A stretch of DNA of 64,000 nucleotides from Candidatus Pelagibacterales bacterium (GTDB taxonomy: Bacteria; Pseudomonadota; Alphaproteobacteria; TMED109): positions 66,775 through 130,774 of the forward strand of contig PAYS01000017.1 of assembly GCA_002715265.1 (NCBI GenBank). Direction: 5' to 3'. Position numbers and translations under genes: made by a program. Positions within the stretch are counted from its first letter, which is position 1. The number at the start of each line of letters is the position of its first letter. Positions 9,294-18,900 of this stretch are shown in pieces. The notes beneath the pieces are model-generated. The model was not told the DNA's origin. It searched no databases and saw nothing but the letters and a program-made list of their open reading frames with translations.

Positions 9294-12200
9294 ATGGATA
9301 TTCTTAAATTATTTTCAATACATAAAACCGCTTCTAATGCTCTAATGATTTTAATAATATTATTTGGATTACTTGGCTTGACTAAGCTAAATGTCCAGTC
9401 ATTACCAGATTTTGGTTTTGATTTGATTACCGTTAGTGTTGATTGGAAGAGTGCGAGTCCTAGAGATGTAGAAAATAGAATTATAAAATCTATTGAACCC
9501 AAATTAAGAATTATTGATGGCGTCAGAAATGTAAATTCTACTTCACGAGAAGGTTTAGCTCAATTAAGTATTGAGTTTGTAAAAGATACTGATATGCAAA
9601 GAGCTCTATCTGATGTGACTTCAACTGTAGATAGAATATTAAGTCTACCTGAAGATGCAGAAAAGCCAAAAATTAGAAGAATAATTAGATATGAAACTGT
9701 TGGAAGAGTTTTGCTTTATGGAGATGTGAGTGAAGAAAAGTTAAGAGAAAATGCGCAAAAAATTAGAGATGATTTATTAAATTTAGGTATAGATAAAATA
9801 AATATATTAGGGATGAGAAATAAAGAAATTAATATATTACTTAATTCCCTATCATTAATGCGCTTTAATTTATCTCTTGAAGAAATTTCAAATAAAATTT
9901 TCTCTTTAAGTGAGGATGTTCCTATTGGAACCATAGAGGATTCTGAAAGAAGAAAAATAAAGTTCTTTGGTGAAAAAAATAATATAGATCAGATTGCAGA
10001 TCTTGAAATAAAAATTGGTAAGGAGGGTGAAAAAATACTTTTAAGCGATGTAGCTGAAATTGATATGGTCTTTGACAAAGAAGGGCAATATGGTTTGATT
10101 AATGGAAAAAGAGCTATAAGTCTTGATGTAAAAAGAGCATCTGGCAGAGATGCTCTAAAAATGGCAAATATACTAGAAAATTATGTAAGTGAATTTAAAA
10201 ATACAACCTTATCTAATGTCCAATTAAAAATATACGATTTAAGTGTTCAATCCGTGAGAGACAGAATTTCATTATTAATAAAAAATGGTTTAGGCGGATT
10301 AGTTTTAGTTGTATCGATATTATTTTTATTCTTATCAGGAAAAGTAGCATTTTGGGTTGCATTTGGAATTCCTATTGCTTTGTTAGGTACTTTGGGAGTT
10401 ATGCTTGTTTCAGGACAAAGTATCAATATGGTAAGTCTGTTTGCTTTAATAATGATGTTAGGAATTATTGTAGATGATGCTATTGTTGTCGCTGAACATG
10501 CTCAATTTCGTCATGATTCCGGTATAAATCCGGAAAATTCGGCTTACGATGGAGCTAGAACAATGTTCATTCCAGTATTTACTGCAGCAATTACAACAGT
10601 TGCAGCATTTATTCCTATTTTTTTAATTACAGGTATTATTGGGCAAGTAATTGAAGCAATTCCATTGGTTGCTATTGCTGTTTTAATTGCTTCATTAATA
10701 GAATGTTTTTTAATTTTACCAGGCCATTTAACAATGGCTTTAAGTATAGATAAATTAAATATATCCAAATTTCGAATAAAATTTAATGATAATTTTAATA
10801 GATTTAAAAATAATACTTTTAATAGATTTGTCACATTAGCAGTAAAATACCGATATACTACTCTATCAATTGTTTTTGCCTCTCTAATACTGGTATTGGG
10901 AATAATGATTGGTGGAAGAGTTGCTTTTGTGTTTTTTCCCTCTCCTGAACCTGATATAATTTATGCAAATTTTAATTTTTCTCCTGGCACTAATAAATCT
11001 AAGACTGAAGAAATGATTCTAAATCTAGAAAAATCTTTATCAAAAGCAGATGTTAATAAAGAGGTAAAAACCTACTTTTCTGTTGTAGGAAGGTCATTGG
11101 GTTTGCCTGGAAGTGTGAATCAAATACAGGGACAGCATATGGGGTCAATGATAGTTGAATTACTTCCTTCAGATAAAAGAATTACAAGAGTAGATAGTTT
11201 AATAAGTTTATGGAGAAAAAATTTAGATAAAGTTGCGGGTTTAGAAGCATTATCAATTATTTCAAAAAGACAAGGGCCACCGGGCAAGGATATTGATATA
11301 AGAATTACACCTAATGATAAATCAGAAAAAATTATAAAATCAAAGTATGTTGCCTCTGAAATAAAAAGTTTGTTATCTAATTATGAAGGGGTTACAGATA
11401 TTTATGATGACCTTCCATGGGGTAAAGAGGAATTAGTACTAGAATTAAAACCTTTAGCAAGATCTATGAATATGACTATTTTGGATATAGCTAATCAAAT
11501 ACAGGCAGCTTTTAGTGGTGTTGTAGCAAGAAGGTTTTCAGATGGTATGGAGGAAATTTTAATTAGGGTAAAATATGATGATTCAAATTTAAAAGAATAT
11601 GATTTAAAAAATATGTTAATTTTATCACAAGATCGGGATTTTATACCATTATATCAGTTAACGGATATAAAATATGATAAAGGATTTTCAATTATAAGAA
11701 GAGAAAATGGGCAATCTGAGGTATCTATTACTGCAGAACTAGACGAAAGTGTAACTTCTCCTGCTACGATATTGACAGAACTTTCTAATGGGCCTTTAGA
11801 TTTAATAGCTAAAGAAAATAATTTTTCATGGAGATTTTCAGGTAGGTCTGAAGAACAAAAGGAAACTTTAAATGATATGAAATTAGGAACAATTATTGGT
11901 TTAATAATAATATATATAATATTATCAGCTATATTTTCTTCTTATTCCAGACCATTAATAGTAATGAGCATAATTCCTTTTGCTGCATTAGGTTCTATAA
12001 TTGGTCATTGGGTTACCGGTTATGATATGACAATATTATCTTTAGTAGCCTTATTAGGTTTATCAGGTATTGTTATTAATGATTCAATAATAATGGTTTC
12101 GACTATAAACAAAAAAATACGAGAAGGATTAATTATATTTTCTGCTGCAATTGAGGGAGCTAAGGAGAGACTTAGAGCTGTTTTTTTAACATCATTAACT

Positions 12201-12389
12201 ACAATTTGTGGTTTAACCCCACTTTTGTTTGAAAGGAGTACGCAGGCTCAATTTCTAAAACCAATGGTCATAACAATTGTTTTTGGTTTAATAGCAACAA
12301 CATTTTTAGTTTTATTTTTGGTGCCTTCATTAATAGTTATTCAAAATGATATAAAAATATTTTTTAAAAAGATTAAATTGATTTCTTGA
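9294..12389 (+). CDS. efflux RND transporter permease (AcrB/HAE family)
   Basis: 1031 aa. Duplicated 6-TM plus large periplasmic loop architecture, with conserved TM4 segment LGIIVDDAIVVAEH. Confidence 0.9.
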   Translation: MDILKLFSIHKTASNALMILIILFGLLGLTKLNVQSLPDFGFDLITVSVDWKSASPRDVENRIIKSIEPKLRIIDGVRNVNSTSREGLAQLSIEFVKDTDMQRALSDVTSTVDRILSLPEDAEKPKIRRIIRYETVGRVLLYGDVSEEKLRENAQKIRDDLLNLGIDKINILGMRNKEINILLNSLSLMRFNLSLEEISNKIFSLSEDVPIGTIEDSERRKIKFFGEKNNIDQIADLEIKIGKEGEKILLSDVAEIDMVFDKEGQYGLINGKRAISLDVKRASGRDALKMANILENYVSEFKNTTLSNVQLKIYDLSVQSVRDRISLLIKNGLGGLVLVVSILFLFLSGKVAFWVAFGIPIALLGTLGVMLVSGQSINMVSLFALIMMLGIIVDDAIVVAEHAQFRHDSGINPENSAYDGARTMFIPVFTAAITTVAAFIPIFLITGIIGQVIEAIPLVAIAVLIASLIECFLILPGHLTMALSIDKLNISKFRIKFNDNFNRFKNNTFNRFVTLAVKYRYTTLSIVFASLILVLGIMIGGRVAFVFFPSPEPDIIYANFNFSPGTNKSKTEEMILNLEKSLSKADVNKEVKTYFSVVGRSLGLPGSVNQIQGQHMGSMIVELLPSDKRITRVDSLISLWRKNLDKVAGLEALSIISKRQGPPGKDIDIRITPNDKSEKIIKSKYVASEIKSLLSNYEGVTDIYDDLPWGKEELVLELKPLARSMNMTILDIANQIQAAFSGVVARRFSDGMEEILIRVKYDDSNLKEYDLKNMLILSQDRDFIPLYQLTDIKYDKGFSIIRRENGQSEVSITAELDESVTSPATILTELSNGPLDLIAKENNFSWRFSGRSEEQKETLNDMKLGTIIGLIIIYIILSAIFSSYSRPLIVMSIIPFAALGSIIGHWVTGYDMTILSLVALLGLSGIVINDSIIMVSTINKKIREGLIIFSAAIEGAKERLRAVFLTSLTTICGLTPLLFERSTQAQFLKPMVITIVFGLIATTFLVLFLVPSLIVIQNDIKIFFKKIKLIS

Positions 12390-12392
12390 CTA

Positions 12393-13835
12393 TTATTTTC
12401 TCCAAAAAGAAGGAATAAATAAAATTAATACAGCAAAAAATTCTATTCTACCAATTATCATAGCTAGAGAAAGCGTCCATTTAGCAGCATCCGGAAATTG
12501 ACTAAAATTTCCCGATGGACCTATTTCATTGCTGAGTCCTGGTCCAACTACAGCTATGGCTGTAGCTGCAGCTGATAATGAAGAGAGCATGTCTATTCCT
12601 AAAAAAGATAATATTGCAGCGACTAACAATGTAGTAAAAATAAATAGAAATATTAGGGATAAGATTGATAATATAGTTTTATCTTCAAGAGTAGATTTTT
12701 CATAAGATATATTTATTACTTGATGTGGTTTAATAATTGTTTTTATTTGTTGAACTATTACTTTAAACAAAATTTGTAGGCGAAATATTTTAATTCCACC
12801 AGTAGTAGATCCAGTGCAACCTCCTACAAACATAAAAATGAATAGTAATGCTATTGCAAAAGATCCCCATTGAGTAAAATCTGATGTTGAATACCCTGTT
12901 CCTGTAATTATAGAAATAACATTAAATGCAGCAATTCTAGTAGCTTTAAATATATCAATATCAATTTTATAATGAAGCCATAAAGTCATCATGAATATAG
13001 AAATTAAAATGAGTAAAATAAAGTTTTTGACTTGGCTATCAAATATTAAATGATTAATGTTATTTAAAGATTTTACAAATAATATAAATGGTAGGCTAGC
13101 AAGTATCATTCCTGTAATAATAATTAATTCTATGAGGCTGCTATTGTAATGAGCTATGGAGTTATTTTGTGTTGAATATCCTCCTGTCGCTAAGGTTGTC
13201 ATTGCATGGCATATGGAGTCAAAAAATGGCATGCCCGCTATTTTTAAAAATAGAGCACAAATTATTGTTAAAGCCCCATATATTATTATTATAGAGGTTG
13301 CTATTTTTTTAACACTTTCTTTAAGTTTGTCTGTGCCTTCTGTTTGTTCAGAGAAAAAAAGTTGTAAGCCACTTATATGAAGTAAAGGTAATGCAGCTAC
13401 AGCCATTACTATTATTCCAATACCACCTAGCCATTGTAAAATTGATCTCCATAAGAGCAATCCGGCCGAAGCATCATTTAAATCTTTTATAATAGTAGAA
13501 CCTGTAGTAGTTATGCCACTTGTTGCCTCAAAAAAAGAGTCAGTATAACTTAAATTTAAATTTGATAGATAAAATGGCAATGCTGATATGGAGGCTAATA
13601 TAAACCACGACAGAAAAGTTAGTAAAAATGTTTCTTTGTTTCCAATTTTAAGCTCTTTACTTTTAAATGCCAGAATTATTGTCATTCCAATAAAAAATAT
13701 AATAATTCCTGTTGAGGCAAATATAGTCCATTCATTTTCATGTTTTATAAAATTAAAAATTGCTGGAAATAACATCATACATCCTAATGTTGAGGTTAAT
13801 ATCCCAAGAATGTATAAAACTGACCTAATATTCAT
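12393..13835 (-). CDS. trkH: TrkH-family potassium uptake protein
   Basis: 480 aa polytopic membrane protein with repeated pore-loop motifs (TTTGST, ATGGYS, GTGYST, STTGGIK). Confidence 0.88.
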   Translation of the reverse strand: MNIRSVLYILGILTSTLGCMMLFPAIFNFIKHENEWTIFASTGIIIFFIGMTIILAFKSKELKIGNKETFLLTFLSWFILASISALPFYLSNLNLSYTDSFFEATSGITTTGSTIIKDLNDASAGLLLWRSILQWLGGIGIIVMAVAALPLLHISGLQLFFSEQTEGTDKLKESVKKIATSIIIIYGALTIICALFLKIAGMPFFDSICHAMTTLATGGYSTQNNSIAHYNSSLIELIIITGMILASLPFILFVKSLNNINHLIFDSQVKNFILLILISIFMMTLWLHYKIDIDIFKATRIAAFNVISIITGTGYSTSDFTQWGSFAIALLFIFMFVGGCTGSTTGGIKIFRLQILFKVIVQQIKTIIKPHQVINISYEKSTLEDKTILSILSLIFLFIFTTLLVAAILSFLGIDMLSSLSAAATAIAVVGPGLSNEIGPSGNFSQFPDAAKWTLSLAMIIGRIEFFAVLILFIPSFWRK

Positions 13836-13891
13836 ATAAATATCCAGAGTTAATATTAAAATATATTAAACCTATTTATGTTATTAAAATA

Positions 13892-14323
13892 CTAATTTAT
13901 TATTTTATTACTGGAAGGCACATCTAATGAAAATGTTGGAATATTAATTTTAAAGTATTCATTATTACGCCATTTCATTCCATAACTTCCAGTCATAAAA
14001 CCAGAAGATACTCTTAATGGTGTGCCACTAGAATATTCAAAATAATTATTAGGATCAATTTTTGGCTGTTTTCCAACAACTCCTTCGCCTTTAACTTCTT
14101 GTATATATCCAGTACAATCAGTAATTTTCCAATGTCTATCTATAAGTTTTACTGAAGATTTATTAAGATTTTCAATTAAAATATGATATGACCATAGCCA
14201 TAAATTTTTATCTGGTTCGGATTGATCAGATAAATAATTAGTATTAACACTAACTCGAATATTCTGTGTAACTTCAGTATAAGGATAAACGATATTATTT
14301 TTTACATAAGATTTATTATTCAT
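13892..14323 (-). CDS. apaG: ApaG (DUF525) protein
   Basis: 143 aa. Segment HWKITDCTGYIQEVKGEGVVGKQPKI...YFEYSSGTPL...GFMTGSYGM matches the ApaG domain pattern. Confidence 0.85.
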   Translation of the reverse strand: MNNKSYVKNNIVYPYTEVTQNIRVSVNTNYLSDQSEPDKNLWLWSYHILIENLNKSSVKLIDRHWKITDCTGYIQEVKGEGVVGKQPKIDPNNYFEYSSGTPLRVSSGFMTGSYGMKWRNNEYFKINIPTFSLDVPSSNKIIN

Positions 14324-14339
14324 TTAATTTCACCATAAA

Positions 14340-15260
14340 TTAATTATTTATACAGTTAGCACCACCAAGAACACAAAATTTAGAGCAATGTGGATGATTT
14401 AAATAAGTTGTTTTAAAAGAATTATTTAGGTCTTCACCATAATCATATTCTTTTGTATATGGCAACAAAGTGCATGCAACAACATGAGTTTTATTATTCT
14501 CTTTTCTTTTTACAATCATTCGTGAATTTGAACACATTAAGTTATTTGGGTTTACACCTAGCAAGCTCCAACAGGCTGTAGTTATTTCTGGTGTATCTGT
14601 GAGGTTGTTCATTTCAGGAAATAAAACTAAATCATTATTATTACAGACATCTAAATTTAGGTTCAATTGTTCAAATAGATTTTTATAACCTTTTCTTAAA
14701 AGATTTTCATTTTCATATAAAGATCTGGAAGCAATACTAATATTAAAATTATTATTATGAAGCCAGATAATGCCATTAATAGTTTTATCCCAACTATTTT
14801 TGCCTCTAATTTTTTCATGTTTTTCTTTAGTGTAGTGATCTAAAGAGATACGAAATTTTAAATTATTATTTTCTTGAAAATTTAATAACATACATTTTTT
14901 ATTTTGTAACGGTTGCATTGCATTAGTTAAGATTAATAACTCGCGATCCTTATTTAAACATGTGGAGATAATTTTGATAATATCCTTATTCATGAATGGT
15001 TCTCCTCCAGTAATGCCTATAGATTTGCAATTAATATTTGATGTTTCAATCTCGTTTAAATATTTACAAACATCTTCATGTGATAAATAAAGGAGTCTAT
15101 CATTTTTAGGACTTGATTCTATATAGCAATCTTTACAACTTAGATTACATAATGTTCCTGTATTAAACCATAAAGTTTTTAAACCATTAAAATTAACATA
15201 AGCTCTTTTTTCTCCTGAGATAGTGTATTGTTTATTTGAAAACTTTTTATTATTTTTCAT
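14340..15260 (-). CDS. radical SAM protein with Cys-rich C-terminal domain (uncharacterised; ArsS/TIGR04167-like architecture)
   Basis: CNLSCKDCY (Cx3Cx2C) near the N-terminus and ITGGEPF. The last 80 aa carry ACW, MCSNS, VACT and HPHCSKFCVLGGANC cysteines. Confidence 0.85.
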   Translation of the reverse strand: MKNNKKFSNKQYTISGEKRAYVNFNGLKTLWFNTGTLCNLSCKDCYIESSPKNDRLLYLSHEDVCKYLNEIETSNINCKSIGITGGEPFMNKDIIKIISTCLNKDRELLILTNAMQPLQNKKCMLLNFQENNNLKFRISLDHYTKEKHEKIRGKNSWDKTINGIIWLHNNNFNISIASRSLYENENLLRKGYKNLFEQLNLNLDVCNNNDLVLFPEMNNLTDTPEITTACWSLLGVNPNNLMCSNSRMIVKRKENNKTHVVACTLLPYTKEYDYGEDLNNSFKTTYLNHPHCSKFCVLGGANCINN

Positions 15261-15708
15261 TTCTTTTTCTCACTATACTTATACTTTCCAGAGTCATAAT
15301 AAGTTCTTTATTTTCATTATAAACTTCAGACTTAGTTATCATACTGCCAATGTTAGGTTTTGATTTGCTTGGTTTTTTACTTATTATAGTTACATTGCCA
15401 AAAATTTCTTGATTTGGAAATAGTGGCTTTATCCATCTAATTTCATTCATTCCAGGCGAACCTAAAGAGGCAAGGTTTTTTATAAAACTATCGCATAACA
15501 TTTTCATATATAATGCACAGGTGTGCCATCCAGAAGCACATAATCCTCCAAATAATGATTCTTTCGCTTTTTCTTCACTTATGTGAAAAGGTTGAGGGTC
15601 ATATTTTTTAGCAAAATCTATTACCTCTTCTTTTGAGACAAATAAAGGGCCTAATTTATAACTGTCACCTTCTTTAATATCTTCAAAGTAAATTTTAGTT
15701 TTTTTCAT
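15250..15708 (-). CDS. MaoC-like (R)-hydratase / hot-dog fold dehydratase
   Basis: 152 aa. The hydratase-2 type segment YDPQPFHISEEKAKESLFGGLCASGWH resembles the D-x-N-P-x-H motif region. Its stop overlaps the radical SAM start by 11 nt. Confidence 0.8.
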   Translation of the reverse strand: MKKTKIYFEDIKEGDSYKLGPLFVSKEEVIDFAKKYDPQPFHISEEKAKESLFGGLCASGWHTCALYMKMLCDSFIKNLASLGSPGMNEIRWIKPLFPNQEIFGNVTIISKKPSKSKPNIGSMITKSEVYNENKELIMTLESISIVRKRNEK

Positions 15709-15999
15709 ATTATTCCTTTAAATTTTTGTTATTTTTACTATGTTGTAATGTGAGAGGTATGTTATATTATATTTATAAACTTAAACATTTATGTTTTTCC
15801 AGTTTTATATCTTTTTTAACAGTCATTCTCTATAGAGGTAAATAGTAATTTGAAAGTGTAAATACAATATTTTATTTATTTTTAAAGAGTTAATTTATTT
15901 ATATTAATGTTTGATTGTAAGTAAAATTTTGTTTAGTCTCCACCTCCATGGATTTTTATTAGATTAAATTAGATGGCTAAAAATTAAAGTAAGTGAGTT

Positions 16000-18900
16000 A
16001 TGGATAAAAAATTTGTAAAAAAGAACTTTTCTGATAGACCCACAAGTCAAGGTTTATATGATGCTAATTTGGAGCATGATTCATGTGGCATAGGTTTTGT
16101 TGCGAACATAAGAGGTAATAAAGATCATTCAATAATACAGGATGGGCTAAAAATACTTGAAAACTTGACTCATAGAGGTGCTGTTGGAGCAGATCCTACC
16201 ATGGGAGATGGTGCAGGATTATTATTGCAAATACCAGATTTATTTCTTAGGCAAGAATGCAAAAGTTTAGGCATTAACTTGCCAGAAGAAGGAAAATATG
16301 CAGTAGCACAAATTTTTATGGCAGCAGAGCCTGATAAGCAAAAATATTGTGAAAAAATTTTAGAGGATTTGATAAGCACTTCGGATGAGAAATTTTTAGG
16401 TTGGAGGAATGTTCCTGTATCAGAAAAAGCAGTATCCAGTTCGGTAAATTCTTCTGCTCCAATAATAAAGCAAGCATTTGTAGCTGCTTCTGAAAAAAAT
16501 TTTAATCAAGACGCATTTGAGAGAAGAATATATGTTTTAAGAAAACAATTTTCTAATAAATTGAGAGATGATGAAGCCTCAGGTAAACAAAATATATTAT
16601 ATGTATGCTCTTTTTCATCTAGAACATTAAATTATAAAGGTATGCTTTTATCTGATACTGTAGGAAACTATTTTCCTGATTTACAAGATAAAAGAGTGGT
16701 TAGTGCTTTAGCATTAGTCCATCAGAGGTTTTCTACAAATACTTTTCCATCGTGGGATTTAGCACAGCCTTTTAGAATGATATGTCATAACGGAGAGATT
16801 AACACATTAAGAGGTAATGTGAATTGGATGAATGCTAGAAAACATATTATGACTTCTAAGATGTTAAATGATGACTTAAAAAAAATATGGCCAGTAATAG
16901 CAGAAGGTCAATCAGATTCAGCGTGTTTTGATAATGCTTTAGAGCTTCTTGTGATGGGTGGATATAGTTTAGCGCATGCAATGATGTTATTAATACCAGA
17001 ATCCTGGAAGGATAATAAGCTTATGGATAAAAATAGAAGGGCTTTTTATGAATATAATTCTTCTATTATGGAACCTTGGGATGGTCCTGCAGCAGTTGCA
17101 TTTACTGACGGAAAACAAATTGGAGCTACACTTGATAGAAATGGTCTCAGGCCAGCAAGATATTTTGTAACTAAAGATGATAAAATAATACTGTCTTCTG
17201 AAATGGGGGTATTACCATACCCTGAAGATCAAATTAAAGAAAAGTGGAGATTGCAACCAGGTCGTATGCTTTTAATAGATTTACAGAAAGGATCAATAAT
17301 TACAGATGAAGAAGTGAAAAAATCTCTTATAGAAAAGCACCCATACGTTTCAATAGTAGATCAAAATAGAGTTAAATTAGACGATTTGCGAAAGGTTGAA
17401 CATGAAGAGTTAAATTTATCTAAGAAAGATAAATTAGATGTTCAGCAGGCTTTTGGATACACACAAGAAGATATAAAATTTTTAATAGAACCTATGATTA
17501 ATTCCGCGCAAGAAGCAACTGGTTCTATGGGCACAGACACACCATTAGCTGTATTATCCTCAAAACATAAGCTTTTATATAATTTTTTTAAACAATTATT
17601 TGCTCAGGTTACTAATCCTGCAATAGATCCTATACGTGAAAAAATGGTTATGAGCCTGATGAGTATTTTGGGACCAAGGAAGAATTTATTATCAGTTGAG
17701 CCAGTAAATTCTAAATGTTTAATGTTAGATCAGCCTATTCTTAGTAATAATGAAATAAATTTAATAAAAAATATAGAAAAATCAGATATAGGATACAAAC
17801 CTTTCATACTCGATGCAACTTCTGCAAAACAGGAGGGCTTATCTGGAATGAAAAAAACAATTGAACGATTAAAATCTAATTCGGAAAAAGCTATTATAGA
17901 TGGATGTAATATAATTATTATTTCGGATAGGAATATATCTAAAGATAGGTATGCTATTCCTATGCTATTAGCATTGTCTTCCGTGCATCAGCATTTAGTA
18001 AGAACTGGATTAAGAACAAAAATTGGTATTGCAATAGAAACCGGAGAAGCTAGAGAGATTCATCATTATTGTGTATTAGCAGGATATGGAGCTGATGCTA
18101 TAAACCCATATTTGGCATTTGAAACTATAAAAGACTTAATAAATGCTCCTTCGGTGTCAGTAAGTTATGAAGAGGCTTGTAAGAATTATGTGCAGGCAAT
18201 TGGAAAAGGTATTTTAAAAGTCATGTCTAAAATGGGTATTTCTACTTATCAATCTTATAATGGAGCTCAGATATTTGATGCAGTAGGGCTATCTAATGAT
18301 TTTGTAAATGAGTATTTTCCTGGAACTCCTTCTAAAATAGAAGGTTTATCAATCGAAGATATATTGACTTCAACTATAGAATGTCATGCTAGGGCTTATG
18401 GACAAGAGCCGATATTAGAAAATATGTTAGATGTTGGAGGTGATTATGCATATAGATTGCGTGGCGAAGATCATGTATGGACACCTACTTCAGTTAGAGA
18501 TTTACAGCATGCAGTTAGAGGAAAATCTCAAGAAAAATATGATGAATATGCAAAGGCTATTAATGAACAGGCAATACAAAAAATGACTCCTAGAGGTATG
18601 TTTGAATTAAATTTTGCTAAAGAGCCATTAAATATTGATGAGATAGAATCGGCTGAAAATATAGTAAAAAGATTTGCTACAGGAGCTATGTCTTTTGGTT
18701 CTATTTCTCGAGAAGCTCATACAACATTAGCTATTGCAATGAATGCAATAGGTGGCAAGTCTAATACAGGAGAAGGTGGAGAAGAAGTAGATAGATTTAA
18801 AACTCAGCCCGATGGAACTTCTATGAGGTCTGCAATTAAACAAGTTGCTTCAGGTAGGTTTGGAGTAACTACAGAGTATTTAGTTAATGCTGATGATATT

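Noticed and set aside
8032-12389. RND adaptor plus permease without an adjacent outer-membrane factor.
   Set aside because: TolC-like channels are commonly encoded elsewhere and shared between pumps, so this is not an anomaly.
15759-15845. 28-codon ORF (MLYYIYKLKHLCFSSFISFLTVILYRGK) in the maoC-gltB spacer, with GAGAGG just upstream.
   Set aside because: The purine tract ends 1 nt before the ATG, which is too close for a functional SD. The peptide is just AT-rich codon noise, and nothing else supports it. It is kept only as a note inside the spacer finding.
15709-15999. Search for a known riboswitch (glutamine, glycine, SAM classes) in the long gltB leader.
   Set aside because: I could not recognise any consensus core by eye. 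I report the spacer only as an uncharacterised candidate and do not call an ncRNA feature.
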